Shown: positions 18,846-29,564, numbered from the stretch's first letter. The stretch is DNA of 64,000 nt from Candidatus Latescibacterota bacterium (GCA_963791045.1 CAWBQK010000013.1:270933-334932), one strand, 5' to 3'. Made by a program: numbers and translations. The notes: generated by a model not told the origin, from the sequence alone.

Positions 18846-20295
18846 TTATTCGATATCGGCCGCCACTTCGTTAATCAATTTCCACGCCTGTTCGACGTGC
18901 CGCGCTTCCGTCATCGCCTGACCGATACAAAACCGGAGAGTCAGGCGGTCGTCTACTCGAGTATGTGTCAAATACAGCCGTCCGCTTTTGTTCAAACGGT
19001 CCATGATGGTCTGGTTCACGTCGTCACCACCCGTGTGTCTGAAACACACAAGATTGAGAGGAGCTGGAGCGGCAAGTTCGAACCGGCCACTCTCGACGAT
19101 CCATGACGCGAACTCCTGGGCAAGCTCAACGTGTCGGCGGACGTGATGCGCCAGACCTTCGACCCCGTAGTGCCGGATTACAAACCACAACTTCAGGGCA
19201 CGAAACCGCCGGCCCAGCTGCACGTGCCAGTCGCGGTAATCGATAACCGCACCCGACCGCGTTGCCTCGTTTCTCAAATACTCGGGCAGTATGGTCAAGG
19301 CATCGATAAGCGCTTTGCGGTCCCTCACATAGAAACAGTCACAGTCGAAATTCGTAAACATCCACTTGTGCGGATTGAAGCAATAACTGTCCGCGAGTTC
19401 CAGCCCATCGTGAATCCATCGGAACTCCGGGCAAACCGCAGCGGTGCCAGACATGGCTGCGTCGGCATGCAGCCACAGTCCATGTTCCCGGCAGATCTTG
19501 CCGATTTCGCCGCAGAGGGTCCATCGCATTCGTCGATGTGGTTCCGACCGTGGCACTGACAAAAAATGGCTCGAGTCCATTCTGCAAATCCTCGGCGACC
19601 TTTCGCGACAGATCATCGGGCCGCATCGCCAGAGCGTCGTCGACATCGACACTGCGCAGATTTTTGCGCCCGATGCCGGCGATCCTGACTCCTTTTTCGA
19701 TCGAAGAATGACCCTGGCTTGATGTGTACGCAATTAGCTTTCCATTACAGCCGGATTCGTTTGATTCCAGCCCCGTAAACCGCTCTCGCGCCGCTATCAA
19801 CGCGCACAGCGAGGCGCTCGAAGCCGTATCCTGTATCACGCCCCCACCCGGGCCGGTCGAGAGAAATCCCGACGGAAGGCCGAGCATCTCGACGAGCCAG
19901 TCGAGCACCTGGGTCTCAAGTTCGGTGCAGGCCGGGCTCGTCGCCCACAGCATCCCCTGGACACCCAACCCGGAAGAAATCATGTCACCGAGAATCGACG
20001 GGCCCGATGTGTTTGACGGGAAATATGCAAAAAAATTCGGCGATTGCCAGTGGGTGACACCGGGCAGGATGATTCGACCAACGTCATCCAGGATCGAGGC
20101 GAACGCCTCGCCCTTTTGCGGCGGACGATCGGGAAGAGCATCGCGAATATCCCCGGGGGACACTTTTGAGAGAACGTCCATCTTCTCCACGTTCTCGTGG
20201 TAGTCGGCGATCCAATCGACGACCATCCTTCCGAACTCCCTGAATTCGTCCGGAGTCATGTGGTAACTCATTGTTTCACAAGGTCTTTTGGGCAT
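18846..20295 (-). CDS. PLP-dependent aromatic-L-amino-acid decarboxylase (group II), +1 frameshift near 19513
   Basis: 5' ORF has THWQSPNFFAYFP and SPACTELE; 3' ORF has LHADAA, FNPHKW (PLP Lys) and LGRRFRALKLWFV. Removing one base in gaccctctgcggcgaa fuses them. Confidence 0.85.
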
Positions 20296-20355
20296 GGGCT
20301 TCTCCTCAAATTCCCGCGCGGATCCTGTCGCCGATCGCCCCACTCTTCGTTTGGT

Positions 20356-22452
20356 CTAATTCGAGCTTACCTGTTCCAGCGCTCGCTTCGTCGCTTCGAG
20401 CATCGCTTCCGCCCCGACAGGTGATCCCGTCGCATTCTTCATCCAGATATCCGGAGCGACGTTTCCGACAACCGCCATCCGTTCGACTTCCGACCCCACC
20501 GTCCCCGCTTTTTTCATCTGCTCCTCTATCTGCAGCGCAATCAAGTGACCCAAAGGATAGTCGGGGAGATAGAGGAACGAGTGAATCATATGCGAGTAAA
20601 CACCGAGCAAAACGACGTCGTTCGTTTTGAAAATCGGGGCGTAGTACTTGTTCCAGACACCCTTTGAAATCTCGATCGTGGCTTTTTTGAGTTCCGCGGG
20701 TGTGGCCTGCGGATGGTCGTACATCCAGTGCCACACGGCCATATCGACCAGCGCCACCGCCGCGATCTCGCAGGCGCCCCAATAATCGTTGAGAATTTTC
20801 ATGGATTCGCTTTCGGAATCGGGCGAATCCAGACCCAGCAGCTGGAGATCGTGAGCCTGAAATACGAAGGCGAACGCTTCCGTGAACGCGGTATTGGGAA
20901 CTCCCTGGAGAAGCGTGTGATCGATGTCATTCAAAGAAAGCGTCTGTTCGACGTTGTGCCCCATCTCGTGGACGGCGATATTAAACCCTTTGTAGTCCAT
21001 CCCGTCGCTGCCAACTCGCGTCCGAAGCCGCGACGGAGCTTCACGCATGCCCGCACCCCAGGCGTGTCCGGACCCTCGGGCGGGTTCGACGACGATGTTC
21101 GCCGCGAGATAATCCGCACGATCCGGACTGAAGCCCAGCGTTCTCAGGAACTGGGGCATGTCCTTTTCATAGGCCGCCGCATTCGGATATCTTTCCTGTA
21201 CGATCTCGTCGAGCTGGGCCTCCGTGTACGCTCCCCTGGGACGAAATCCGTTGTACCAGATATCGAACGGTTCAAGCGGACGTCCGAGACGCTGTTCGAT
21301 AAGCGCGGCAACCTGCTTCAAAAGCGGCGACGTGAGGATTTGTTCGAACACCTCGCTCACGCGTTCTTCCGGAATCTCCCTGTTTTCGTCGAACCGGCGC
21401 GCAATATGGGTCGGCGCGGTAGGCGAGTACGGGTCGATCATTTTTGCCGCGAGAAATGTATCGAGCAGGATCTTGTATCGAGTATCCGGCTCAGGCGAGC
21501 TGGATATTTTCAGGTCCGCCGGCGCGGGCCTATCGGTATCGCTGGCCGCGGCCGCCGTCACTTCGTTTTTGTACGGTTTCCAGTCAACATACGGGTTGTC
21601 GATTACCGCCTCGGGGATGGTTTGATCCACTATCCGCTCCATGACCAGCTGTATCATACGCTGCCGCTCGAGACCGCCTTCGTCGTTGCTGTACTGGGCC
21701 TTGATTTCATCACGGAGATTCCAGTGTGAGAGCAGTCGCAGCCCCGGGCGGAACAAACGTTCGCCGTCATCCGTCAGGAGATGGTGCATCCAAATATTGT
21801 ACTCAGCGATATATTGATCCGACGCGCCTCCCGCCACCGAGACCGCCTGGAGAACCTCCGCCGGAATCCGTTTTGAGAACCGCTGCGCCAATCTCGTCTC
21901 GGCCCACTGCCGGCGGGTCCACGCCGGTCCATCGTTTAGCCGTTCGTCAAGCGTCGTGAGCGGAAAATTGAGAAGAACGGCGAAAGCTAGTTTGTTTTCG
22001 AAGAAATCATCGGACACGTGGGACGATGGATCCCAACCGGCAAACACGCCGTCAAAAGGAAGGATGGGGCCGATGTCGAGGTCGGTTTGACGGCGGCAGA
22101 TCAACATGATTTCGAGCATATGTCCGTCGATTTTTTCCAGCAGAAGCTCGTACCGCTCGAACATCTCGTCGAGCGCCGTCTCGTCGCCCGCGAAATTCGC
22201 GAGAGCGAATGCTTCGAATACTCCGGCATCGCCATCCTGCTCACGCCAAAACTGAGACACCTGGTCGAGCCCCTTCGCGACCCTTTCCCGCTGCCCTTCT
22301 CCAAACTCGGATACGAGTTGTTTTTCAAGTTTTTCGACCGAACCGTTCATCCAGTCGGGCTTGTCGATATTGGCAAATGACGGCACCATGCTCAATACCA
22401 CCACGGCAACGGTGAAAATGGCGACGAATGCCAAACGGACGGTAATAGGCAT
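20356..22452 (-). CDS. Secreted protein with gluzincin-like HExxH...ExxA motif
   Basis: Signal peptide ending SFA; HEMGH followed by TAFTEAFA; RBS AAGGAG before ATG 22452. Confidence 0.7.
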   Translation of the reverse strand: MPITVRLAFVAIFTVAVVVLSMVPSFANIDKPDWMNGSVEKLEKQLVSEFGEGQRERVAKGLDQVSQFWREQDGDAGVFEAFALANFAGDETALDEMFERYELLLEKIDGHMLEIMLICRRQTDLDIGPILPFDGVFAGWDPSSHVSDDFFENKLAFAVLLNFPLTTLDERLNDGPAWTRRQWAETRLAQRFSKRIPAEVLQAVSVAGGASDQYIAEYNIWMHHLLTDDGERLFRPGLRLLSHWNLRDEIKAQYSNDEGGLERQRMIQLVMERIVDQTIPEAVIDNPYVDWKPYKNEVTAAAASDTDRPAPADLKISSSPEPDTRYKILLDTFLAAKMIDPYSPTAPTHIARRFDENREIPEERVSEVFEQILTSPLLKQVAALIEQRLGRPLEPFDIWYNGFRPRGAYTEAQLDEIVQERYPNAAAYEKDMPQFLRTLGFSPDRADYLAANIVVEPARGSGHAWGAGMREAPSRLRTRVGSDGMDYKGFNIAVHEMGHNVEQTLSLNDIDHTLLQGVPNTAFTEAFAFVFQAHDLQLLGLDSPDSESESMKILNDYWGACEIAAVALVDMAVWHWMYDHPQATPAELKKATIEISKGVWNKYYAPIFKTNDVVLLGVYSHMIHSFLYLPDYPLGHLIALQIEEQMKKAGTVGSEVERMAVVGNVAPDIWMKNATGSPVGAEAMLEATKRALEQVSSN

Positions 22453-22604
22453 TTGGAACTCCTTGGTATGGGCGCGAAACCGTTTTGAGCTTCGAGAAGA
22501 CACAACAACATCCGGCTGCCCTCATCGAGTTAAGGCGGCTCTCACCAGCGGTAAATTTGATTTGGGATTATACCCTTTTTTGACAACGGTGTACACCGCC
22601 TTGA

Positions 22605-23255
22605 CTACAGCGGTGGGCGGAGGAGGACGGCTTCAGTCATGGCGTGCCGTTCGGGGGCGGCGGCGCCGTGGCGGTGCTCGGGGCCCATGCCTTCCCAATG
22701 GTGGATCACGTCAAAATCGGGGAAAAAGTCGAGGATTTCACCGGGTTCGAGATAAGTTCTGGTTCCCCATTCGTCGTCCCGGAAAGAGTTCTTTCCGACG
22801 GGTTGCAGCGTTCTCGATATCTTGTTGAACGCCGGATCCGCTGTTGTAAACGCCGTCAAGAACACGACGCTTCCCTCTCCCGTCCAATCGAGAATCTTGG
22901 CGATGAGATCCTGGATCGACGGCGGAGACAACTGCGGGACAATCCCGTAAACAGCGATGCCCGCATACGATTCGATATCCGGAGAAAAAGTATCAAACCC
23001 ACAAGCGAAGACGCGAACCGGGAGATTTTCGCGAACGGCGTGCGTTTCTATCTGGTTCACCGCCACTTTCGATGGATCGATCGCATCCACCTGAAACCCC
23101 TGCCGGGCGAGAAAAAGCGTATTGCGACCCTGGCCGGCGCCAATATCGAGAACGGGCCGCGATCGGTCGATCAACCCGCCATGGTCGATGAGCGTTTCCT
23201 CAGGTTCGGGTCCAAACACGTGTTCTATGTCACCGTATCTTTTGTCGTAATTCAA
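22605..23255 (-). CDS. Class I SAM-dependent methyltransferase (TehB-like)
   Basis: VLDIGAGQGRNTLFLARQGFQVDAID. Confidence 0.8.
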   Translation of the reverse strand: MNYDKRYGDIEHVFGPEPEETLIDHGGLIDRSRPVLDIGAGQGRNTLFLARQGFQVDAIDPSKVAVNQIETHAVRENLPVRVFACGFDTFSPDIESYAGIAVYGIVPQLSPPSIQDLIAKILDWTGEGSVVFLTAFTTADPAFNKISRTLQPVGKNSFRDDEWGTRTYLEPGEILDFFPDFDVIHHWEGMGPEHRHGAAAPERHAMTEAVLLRPPL

Positions 23256-23270
23256 ATCTGTCCGCCCGTC

Positions 23271-24047
23271 TCACAGAATTCCCGTGCCGAGGCCCGCAGC
23301 AATTACAAACAGCATGATGGACACGACCAACTGGACGGTTCGCATCGTAATTTTTGTCAGAAGCCGGCGACCAACAACGGCGCCAAGGAACGCGCAGACC
23401 ACCGCGGCAATCAAAAGCCTGGTATCCTCGCCGCCAAGTCCGGCACCAAACCGCGAGCCGTACACGCCGAGACGTATAACATCCACAACACACGCCACAA
23501 CCACGCCCGTGGCAATAAAACTTTCCTTGGTCAATCCACAGCGGAGAAGAAAAACGCTCCGTAGAGCCCCCTGGTGTCCCGACAATCCACCGAAAAAGCC
23601 GCTCAACACGCCGCCAAGCGGCAAGTACCGTCTGTCCAGGGACATGCTTTCTTTGGATCCCGAAAGTTCAACAACAGCGAAGAGGACCATCAAGAGCGAA
23701 ATCACGACTTTTATCGGTGTGATCGAACAATCCCGGCCCATGCAACTGTACTCATGCAGAGGTGAGAGGCCGGATATCCACACGAGGGCGCTGGCACCGG
23801 CCCAGGCCGCTATCACGGCGGGAAGTCCGAACCTTAGGGCCACATCGCGATCGGCATGGCGGCCGACGAGAAAAAGTTTTCCAAGATTGTTGGCGAGATG
23901 AACTATCGCCGTCATCGCGACGGCAATACCCGGCGGGCTGAACAGCGCAAAAACAGGAAGCAGAATTGTGCCCAGCCCAAACCCCGAGAAGAAGGTCAGC
24001 GCCGAAGCCAAAAACGACACAATACCGATGACAAGTACCGCGACCAC
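23271..24047 (-). CDS. TSUP (TauE/SafE) family membrane transporter
   Basis: TFFSGFGLGTILLP and SGFFGGLSGHQGALRS; multiple TM helices. Confidence 0.8.
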   Translation of the reverse strand: MVAVLVIGIVSFLASALTFFSGFGLGTILLPVFALFSPPGIAVAMTAIVHLANNLGKLFLVGRHADRDVALRFGLPAVIAAWAGASALVWISGLSPLHEYSCMGRDCSITPIKVVISLLMVLFAVVELSGSKESMSLDRRYLPLGGVLSGFFGGLSGHQGALRSVFLLRCGLTKESFIATGVVVACVVDVIRLGVYGSRFGAGLGGEDTRLLIAAVVCAFLGAVVGRRLLTKITMRTVQLVVSIMLFVIAAGLGTGIL

Positions 24048-24148
24048 TTTTGTCCGATTCTGGAAATCAGTTCAATGTCCTCAACGAATTAAAAACAACG
24101 TTTGGAGGGTATCAGCGGGAGCGCGAAAAAGGGAGGAGAAAAAAGGGC

Positions 24149-24210
24149 AAAAAAAGGCGACGCGGCTTTTAGATGTCTCATCTTTGCAGGAGCTGTCCGA
24201 ACCGCGTCGC
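24149..24210 (-). terminator. Hairpin plus U-tract (minus strand)
   Basis: gcgacgcgg (24157-24165) / ccgcgtcgc (24202-24210) inverted repeat, followed on the minus strand by T7. Confidence 0.55.
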
Positions 24211-24375
24211 AACGTTCTTGATCTTTGGGAGCCATGTGTAAGGAGCGGAATGCTGGTGCAGCGTTGGGGGGTTGATTTGTGTGGAATCAGAAGCCTCCCG
24301 CCCCTTATACGTGACCCCGGCGGATCAATTATTTTGTTTCTATGGGAATGATAAACGATATGGGATCTTTAATCA

Positions 24376-24439
24376 ATCAGAGGAGAACCTGATTTTTTTG
24401 TAGGAGTATCACCCAAACCACCCGTAGGACAATTCCTAC
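24376..24439. promoter_or_regulatory. Three palindromic boxes about 23-24 bp apart, candidate NarL/LuxR-family binding sites
   Basis: ATCAG-N8-CTGAT (24376-24393), degenerate GTAGGA box (24400), perfect GTAGGA-caat-TCCTAC (24424-24439). Confidence 0.5.
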
Positions 24440-24554
24440 TTATTATTGCCGGGTTTTCACGTCGTTGTAAATTTCGCCATTTCAATATGTTTCATATTCG
24501 CCCATTCCCACGCCACATTAACCCCTCAGTTAACATAAATCAGAACGCCCCGCG

Positions 24555-25199
24555 TCAATCCACTTCGTCCTCGACAAGATCGTGCCGGAGCGCATATCGG
24601 ACCAGGTCCGCATTGCTCCTGAGGTTCATCTTCTCAAGAATCCGTGCCCGGTATGTGCTAATCGTCTTCACGCTCAAACTCAGTTGGTCGGCGATCTCCG
24701 AAACCGTTTTGCCGCTTGCGAGATCGAGCAGGACTTCGTACTCGCGGTCCGAAAGTTTTTTGTGCGCGAGCACACCGGCAGCATCCCTCTCGAGATCCTC
24801 GGCAAGCTGTTCGGCCAGCGCCGCGCTTACATACTTGCCGCCGTTCAATACTTTGTTGATCGCGTTGACGAGTTCTTCGGGGGCGGACTCTTTTGTCATG
24901 TAACCCGATGCGCCCGCTTTCAACACACGCGTGGCGAACTGATCTTCCGGATGAAAGCTCAATATCAACACAGGCAGGTTCGGACGGTCCCTCTTTATCT
25001 CTTTAAGAGCGTCGAGTCCGCTTCTTCCCGGCATGGATACATCGAGAATCACGACATCCCACTCTTTAACACGCAGAAGTTCCAACGCTTCTTCAGCGCT
25101 GGTCGCCTCTTCGAAATAAAGATCGTCGAATTCATCGACAAGTATCTGCTGGAGACCACGGCGGACCACCGCGTGATCGTCCACGATCAAGACTCTCAT
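24555..25199 (-). CDS. NarL/LuxR-family response regulator (UvrY/GacA-like)
   Basis: MRVLIVDDHAVVRRG, LDVSMPG, GASGYMTK, LSDRE, LSVKTISTYRARILEK. Confidence 0.92.
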   Translation of the reverse strand: MRVLIVDDHAVVRRGLQQILVDEFDDLYFEEATSAEEALELLRVKEWDVVILDVSMPGRSGLDALKEIKRDRPNLPVLILSFHPEDQFATRVLKAGASGYMTKESAPEELVNAINKVLNGGKYVSAALAEQLAEDLERDAAGVLAHKKLSDREYEVLLDLASGKTVSEIADQLSLSVKTISTYRARILEKMNLRSNADLVRYALRHDLVEDEVD

Positions 25200-25253
25200 A
25201 ATCAACCGCTCCCAACTTTGTTCCACGAGCCTGGTCAAACAATAACACGGCCG

Positions 25254-28200
25254 CTAGTCTTCTCCCAATGGAATCAACACACGGACCCGGGTTCCTCCGC
25301 CCTCAATATTGTCGAACATCACTTTCCCCCCGAATACATGCGCCCGCTCCCTCATTCCCAGAATCCCCAACCCCTCTTTTTGCTGCAGGTTATCCTCGGG
25401 AAACCCCTTGCCGTCATCGCTCACATCGAGCAAGAACCTGTCCTCTTCGGCGTGGAGTTCGACCAGCACCCGTCGCGCGCCCGAGTGCCGTCCAACGTTG
25501 GTGAGGATCTCCTGGAAAATCCGAAATACGGCTGTCGATTGGTCGGGATCGAGGCCCAAATCGACTTCTTCGAGGTGGTGCTCCACAATCCGGCACTCCA
25601 CATCGGTACGGCTCTGGAATTCCTGCGACTGCCATTCGATGGCTCCAATGAGCCCCAGATCGTCCAAAATCATCGGCCTGAGCTGGGCCGAGATCTTTCT
25701 TACCGACTTGACCGACGCGTCGATTTCGGTGTTCATCAATTTGATCTTTTTTTCTAGTTCGATTCTGTGCTCACCCTCATCACTTCGGTCCAGTCTTTTT
25801 TCGATCCACTTGAGGTCCATTTTGATTCCCGTAAGAATCTGACCCAACTCATCATGAATCTCGCGGGCGATACTGGCGCTCTCCTCCTCCCTGATCTCGT
25901 GAACCCTTAGAGCGAGCGCCCGAAGCTGTATTTGCGATTCCCTTATCTCTACTTCGGCAGTTTTGCGATCGGTCACGTTGAGGGCGATCGCAAGACAACC
26001 GATAATCTTGTCTCGGTCGTCACGCAGCGCCTCGGTGTGCACCTCCCACACGCTCTCGCCCCATTTGAATTCCCATGTCGTCGGCTCCCCATCGAGGGAT
26101 TTCCTGTGCATTGCGATCGGATAAAAATCCGGATCGTCGGTGTCAAAAAACTCGTAGAGACTCATTCCAACAACTTGATCGGACTCGAGGCCGAGCGCTT
26201 CCAATCCGGCCCCCATGCTTGAGGTAAATTTGAGGGATCGGTCGGTTGTCCACAAGATCGCCGGGATCTGGCTGACAATGAGACGAAGCCGGTCGTCAGC
26301 CTCACGAATCAACCGTTCCGCCTCGAGAAGATCCGTGGTGTCGTGGGAGACGATCTGGACGCCCATGTTTTTCCCATCTGCGTCTATCACCGGTTGGACC
26401 ATCGAACGGAAATGTCTTTTGCCCGACGGCACTTCGACATCGTCTTCGAATTGCGCCCCCGCGCCTGACTCCAGCACTCTTTTGTGTCTGGCCAAGAGTT
26501 CGCGTGCGAGTTCTTCCGGGAACAATTCCCGGAGATTCTTGCCCACGAGTTCTTCCGCCGTCGACCTCAGGTTCTCCGCGCCAATCTGGTTGACGAGCAG
26601 GAGGTTCCCATCCGTATCCCAGAAGGTCACCGGTGTTCCAGTGTTCTCGACCAGAAACCGGTAATTCTTTTCGCTCTCGCGGAGTGCCTTTTCGATCTCT
26701 TTGCGTCTCGATATGTCGACATCCATGCAAATAAATTCTCTCACTCCCTCGGCGAACGGGATGGAGAAAATTGTCGAGTATGCGGTTCCTTCCGAGCCGT
26801 CTTTCCTTTTGAAATTCCATTCCGCCGGGCCGGAGGGAGTATTCGTCCGACCCACCTGTTCGAGGACCGCACGGAATTCGACGGCGCCCTCTTCATCGAG
26901 AATCAAATTGTCGAGGGTTTTGCCGACCGCTTCGTTCGACGACCAGCCGTACATAACTTCAGCCGCGCGGTTCCAGAACAACACCTCGCCATTTTTGCCA
27001 TATCCTTCGATCGCCACATTGGGAGTAGCGGAAATGATCGATCTCAGCCGCTCTTCACTCTGGCGGAGGGCCTCTTCTGCTTGTTTGCGCTCGGTAATGT
27101 CGATATTCACGCCGACTAATCCCTGAACCCTCTCCCCGTCGTAAACCGGCGACATGGTATGGAAGATGGAATTCTCCTTGCCATCGAGGTTGAACGATAT
27201 CTCGTCCTCGACCTGCTCGCCCGCCAGCGCCTTTTCTATATTGGGCACCCAGATATCAAGGACGTCAGAGCCCAAATCCGTTTCGTGGAGGAGCTTCCCG
27301 ACAATATCTCCCCACCTCTCCCTGGAGTGCGAATTCTGCATAACGCACCGGCGGTCTTCATCGAGGAGGTAGAAGTCGAAGGGGATGCTCTCAATAGCCG
27401 TTCGGAACCTGGCCTCGCTCTCCCGTAGCTTGCCCTCCGCGATGGTGCGGGCCGTCACATCCTCGGTATGAACGAGCACGATATCGGGATGGATGAAGGC
27501 GTAAGAAACATTGAGATATTTGGATGTACCGGTGGATTTGAAGTGATACAGCATACTTGTCCGCAAAGAACACTTCTCGTCGTAACATTGCTTCATCTGA
27601 TCGCGGATCTCCGGTTGATCCCCAAACAACTTGGCCGCTGTAACACCGAGCTGTTTCCCGATCTGTCCTTCGGTGATCTTTTCAGCCGCCAGGTTAAAAT
27701 CTGTCAGAAAGAAATCTTTTCCCCGCTTTTGCCATGTATACACGGGGATGGGAAGCTCCTTGTACTGTGCTTTAAATCTCGCTTCGCTCTCACGAAGCGC
27801 ATCCTGGATCTTTTTGCGGTTCGTGATATCCCTCGCCATTCCCTGCGATCCGGTCACATCGCCGCCCTTCCACATGGGTGTCGCGTTGACCTCCAGACAG
27901 ACCGGCTTTTTGTTCTTGTTGAAAATCCGGAAATCGAGACCTCTCACCTCACCACCCATCCTCGTCGACATGAATCCTTCCATGACTTTGTCAAGATCCT
28001 CCGGCACGATGTGTTCGCGGAAATCTGTGCCTATGAATTCATCCTGCAAATAACCAAGAATACGCGTGAGCGCCGGTGAGCAATACGTAATCTTGCCTTC
28101 ATTATCGAGCTGATAAATAGCATCTGAACTTGTTTCGGTGATTCTCCGAAACATTTCCTCGCTTTGTTTGAGCCTGTCCTCGTTGGCCTTGCGATCGCTT

Positions 28201-28664
28201 ATATCTTTTGAGATGCCAAAAAAGTGAGTCTTGCCGCTTCGAGTCGTTATCATCCCGGGCGTGAACAGAAGGGGGATTCGAACACCGTCTTTCCGATCGT
28301 ACGCCATCTCAATCGCCACGAACTCACCGTCCATCATCTTTTGGCGGTGTTCATCGACCTTCGCGAGCTCTTCTTGCGGCCACCCCGGGAGAGGCGGCGC
28401 CGCCCCGATCCACTCGTCACGGGGGTATCCGGTAATCTCGCAGAACGCATCGTTTACCTGCAAAACCGTAAACTGATCATCGCTGACAATAAACCCATCC
28501 GGTGAATTCGCGATAAGAGCCTCGGAATACGCGCGGGCGTCATCCAGCTCCGTGACCCGCCTGGTGAGGAACTCGCGGCGAACCCGTGTCATCACAAGCC
28601 CGCCGAGCACGAAACCGAGCACGGCGACGGCAACTATCAACAAGGTGATTTCGATCGAACCCAT
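25254..28664 (-). CDS. Membrane-anchored sensor histidine kinase with about 7 PAS/PAC domains, HisKA_3 type
   Basis: One N-terminal TM; seven PAS units ending in DI(S/T)xRK-like motifs; IAREIHDELGQ, QEILTNV, DDGKGF, GLGILGMRER. Confidence 0.92.
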   Translation of the reverse strand: MGSIEITLLIVAVAVLGFVLGGLVMTRVRREFLTRRVTELDDARAYSEALIANSPDGFIVSDDQFTVLQVNDAFCEITGYPRDEWIGAAPPLPGWPQEELAKVDEHRQKMMDGEFVAIEMAYDRKDGVRIPLLFTPGMITTRSGKTHFFGISKDISDRKANEDRLKQSEEMFRRITETSSDAIYQLDNEGKITYCSPALTRILGYLQDEFIGTDFREHIVPEDLDKVMEGFMSTRMGGEVRGLDFRIFNKNKKPVCLEVNATPMWKGGDVTGSQGMARDITNRKKIQDALRESEARFKAQYKELPIPVYTWQKRGKDFFLTDFNLAAEKITEGQIGKQLGVTAAKLFGDQPEIRDQMKQCYDEKCSLRTSMLYHFKSTGTSKYLNVSYAFIHPDIVLVHTEDVTARTIAEGKLRESEARFRTAIESIPFDFYLLDEDRRCVMQNSHSRERWGDIVGKLLHETDLGSDVLDIWVPNIEKALAGEQVEDEISFNLDGKENSIFHTMSPVYDGERVQGLVGVNIDITERKQAEEALRQSEERLRSIISATPNVAIEGYGKNGEVLFWNRAAEVMYGWSSNEAVGKTLDNLILDEEGAVEFRAVLEQVGRTNTPSGPAEWNFKRKDGSEGTAYSTIFSIPFAEGVREFICMDVDISRRKEIEKALRESEKNYRFLVENTGTPVTFWDTDGNLLLVNQIGAENLRSTAEELVGKNLRELFPEELARELLARHKRVLESGAGAQFEDDVEVPSGKRHFRSMVQPVIDADGKNMGVQIVSHDTTDLLEAERLIREADDRLRLIVSQIPAILWTTDRSLKFTSSMGAGLEALGLESDQVVGMSLYEFFDTDDPDFYPIAMHRKSLDGEPTTWEFKWGESVWEVHTEALRDDRDKIIGCLAIALNVTDRKTAEVEIRESQIQLRALALRVHEIREEESASIAREIHDELGQILTGIKMDLKWIEKRLDRSDEGEHRIELEKKIKLMNTEIDASVKSVRKISAQLRPMILDDLGLIGAIEWQSQEFQSRTDVECRIVEHHLEEVDLGLDPDQSTAVFRIFQEILTNVGRHSGARRVLVELHAEEDRFLLDVSDDGKGFPEDNLQQKEGLGILGMRERAHVFGGKVMFDNIEGGGTRVRVLIPLGED

Positions 28665-28826
28665 GGTTAAAACCTTAGAAACTTCAATTCCGCCTACTGG
28701 CGCTGCATGGGACCGGAAGGCGATGTCAACGGAGGGAAGGACTGTAACTCATACACGTACTGTACAGTTACACCGCGCCCCCGTCAACCCCAGTTGTCGG
28801 CCGGCCGAGAAACCATGAACGTCCAC

Positions 28827-28880
28827 TTGACAAAATGAAGGATTATTTATATCATGAATCATTGTTCACAACATGAATCA
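28827..28880 (+). promoter_or_regulatory. sigma70 promoter with overlapping probable TetR operator
   Basis: TTGACA (28827), 17 bp, TATCAT (28850); TGAA-N6-TTCA at 28855-28868; catgaatca repeated at 28853 and 28872. Confidence 0.65.
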
Positions 28881-28907
28881 CGACCGCGAAGACGATCGGC
28901 GGACAAA

Positions 28908-29564
28908 ATGACCACACCAAGAAAAACGACCAGAAAAGAGAGAGAGAAACAACGGCACAAAACCGAAATTCTCCTCGCCGCCGAAAGGGTTTTTGCTGAA
29001 AAGGGCTATGAAAGAGCCCGGATGAGCGATATTGCGATCGAGGCGGAGTTCAGCGTGGGGTACCTTTACCAGACATGGGAAAGCAAAGAAGACCTCTACG
29101 CCTCTCTTTTTGAATCCAAATACAAAGAATTCAAGAAATTCGTTCAGAAAAGAATCGCCACCACAACCGATCCGCTCAAACAAGTCAATCTTCTCATCGA
29201 CAGCTCAGTCGATTTTATTGACGAGAACAGACCTTTTGCCAGGCTTTACCTGGCGGAGACATCCCCGTCGGAGATTCGATTGCTCGGAACGATGGGCGCA
29301 CGGATCAAAAGGCTGCATAACGCTTACCATCAATTCGTGGAAAAAATATTTGCAGGCGGCGTGGAGCGTGGCGTGTTTGTCTCGGTCTCCCCCGGGGATC
29401 TTGCTCTCGCTCTCGACGGCATAATCTTCGCTTTCGCCAAAGACCATGTCAAAAGCAACTCGAGCAGGAGTTTTACCCGCCGCGGCGATGTCATCAAACA
29501 GATCTTTTTCAACTCAATTCTGTGCAAACCGACTCGGGCGAAAAAGGAAGTGAGGAAATCATGA
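28908..29564 (+). CDS. TetR/AcrR family regulator
   Basis: ILLAAERVFAEKGYERARMSDIA...VGYLY...SKEDLY helix-turn-helix. Confidence 0.9.
   Translation: MTTPRKTTRKEREKQRHKTEILLAAERVFAEKGYERARMSDIAIEAEFSVGYLYQTWESKEDLYASLFESKYKEFKKFVQKRIATTTDPLKQVNLLIDSSVDFIDENRPFARLYLAETSPSEIRLLGTMGARIKRLHNAYHQFVEKIFAGGVERGVFVSVSPGDLALALDGIIFAFAKDHVKSNSSRSFTRRGDVIKQIFFNSILCKPTRAKKEVRKS

Noticed and set aside
19500-19530. Programmed frameshifting in the decarboxylase, RND or MFS genes
   Set aside because: No convincing slippery heptamer or stimulatory structure; these families are not known for recoding; sequencing error is simpler.
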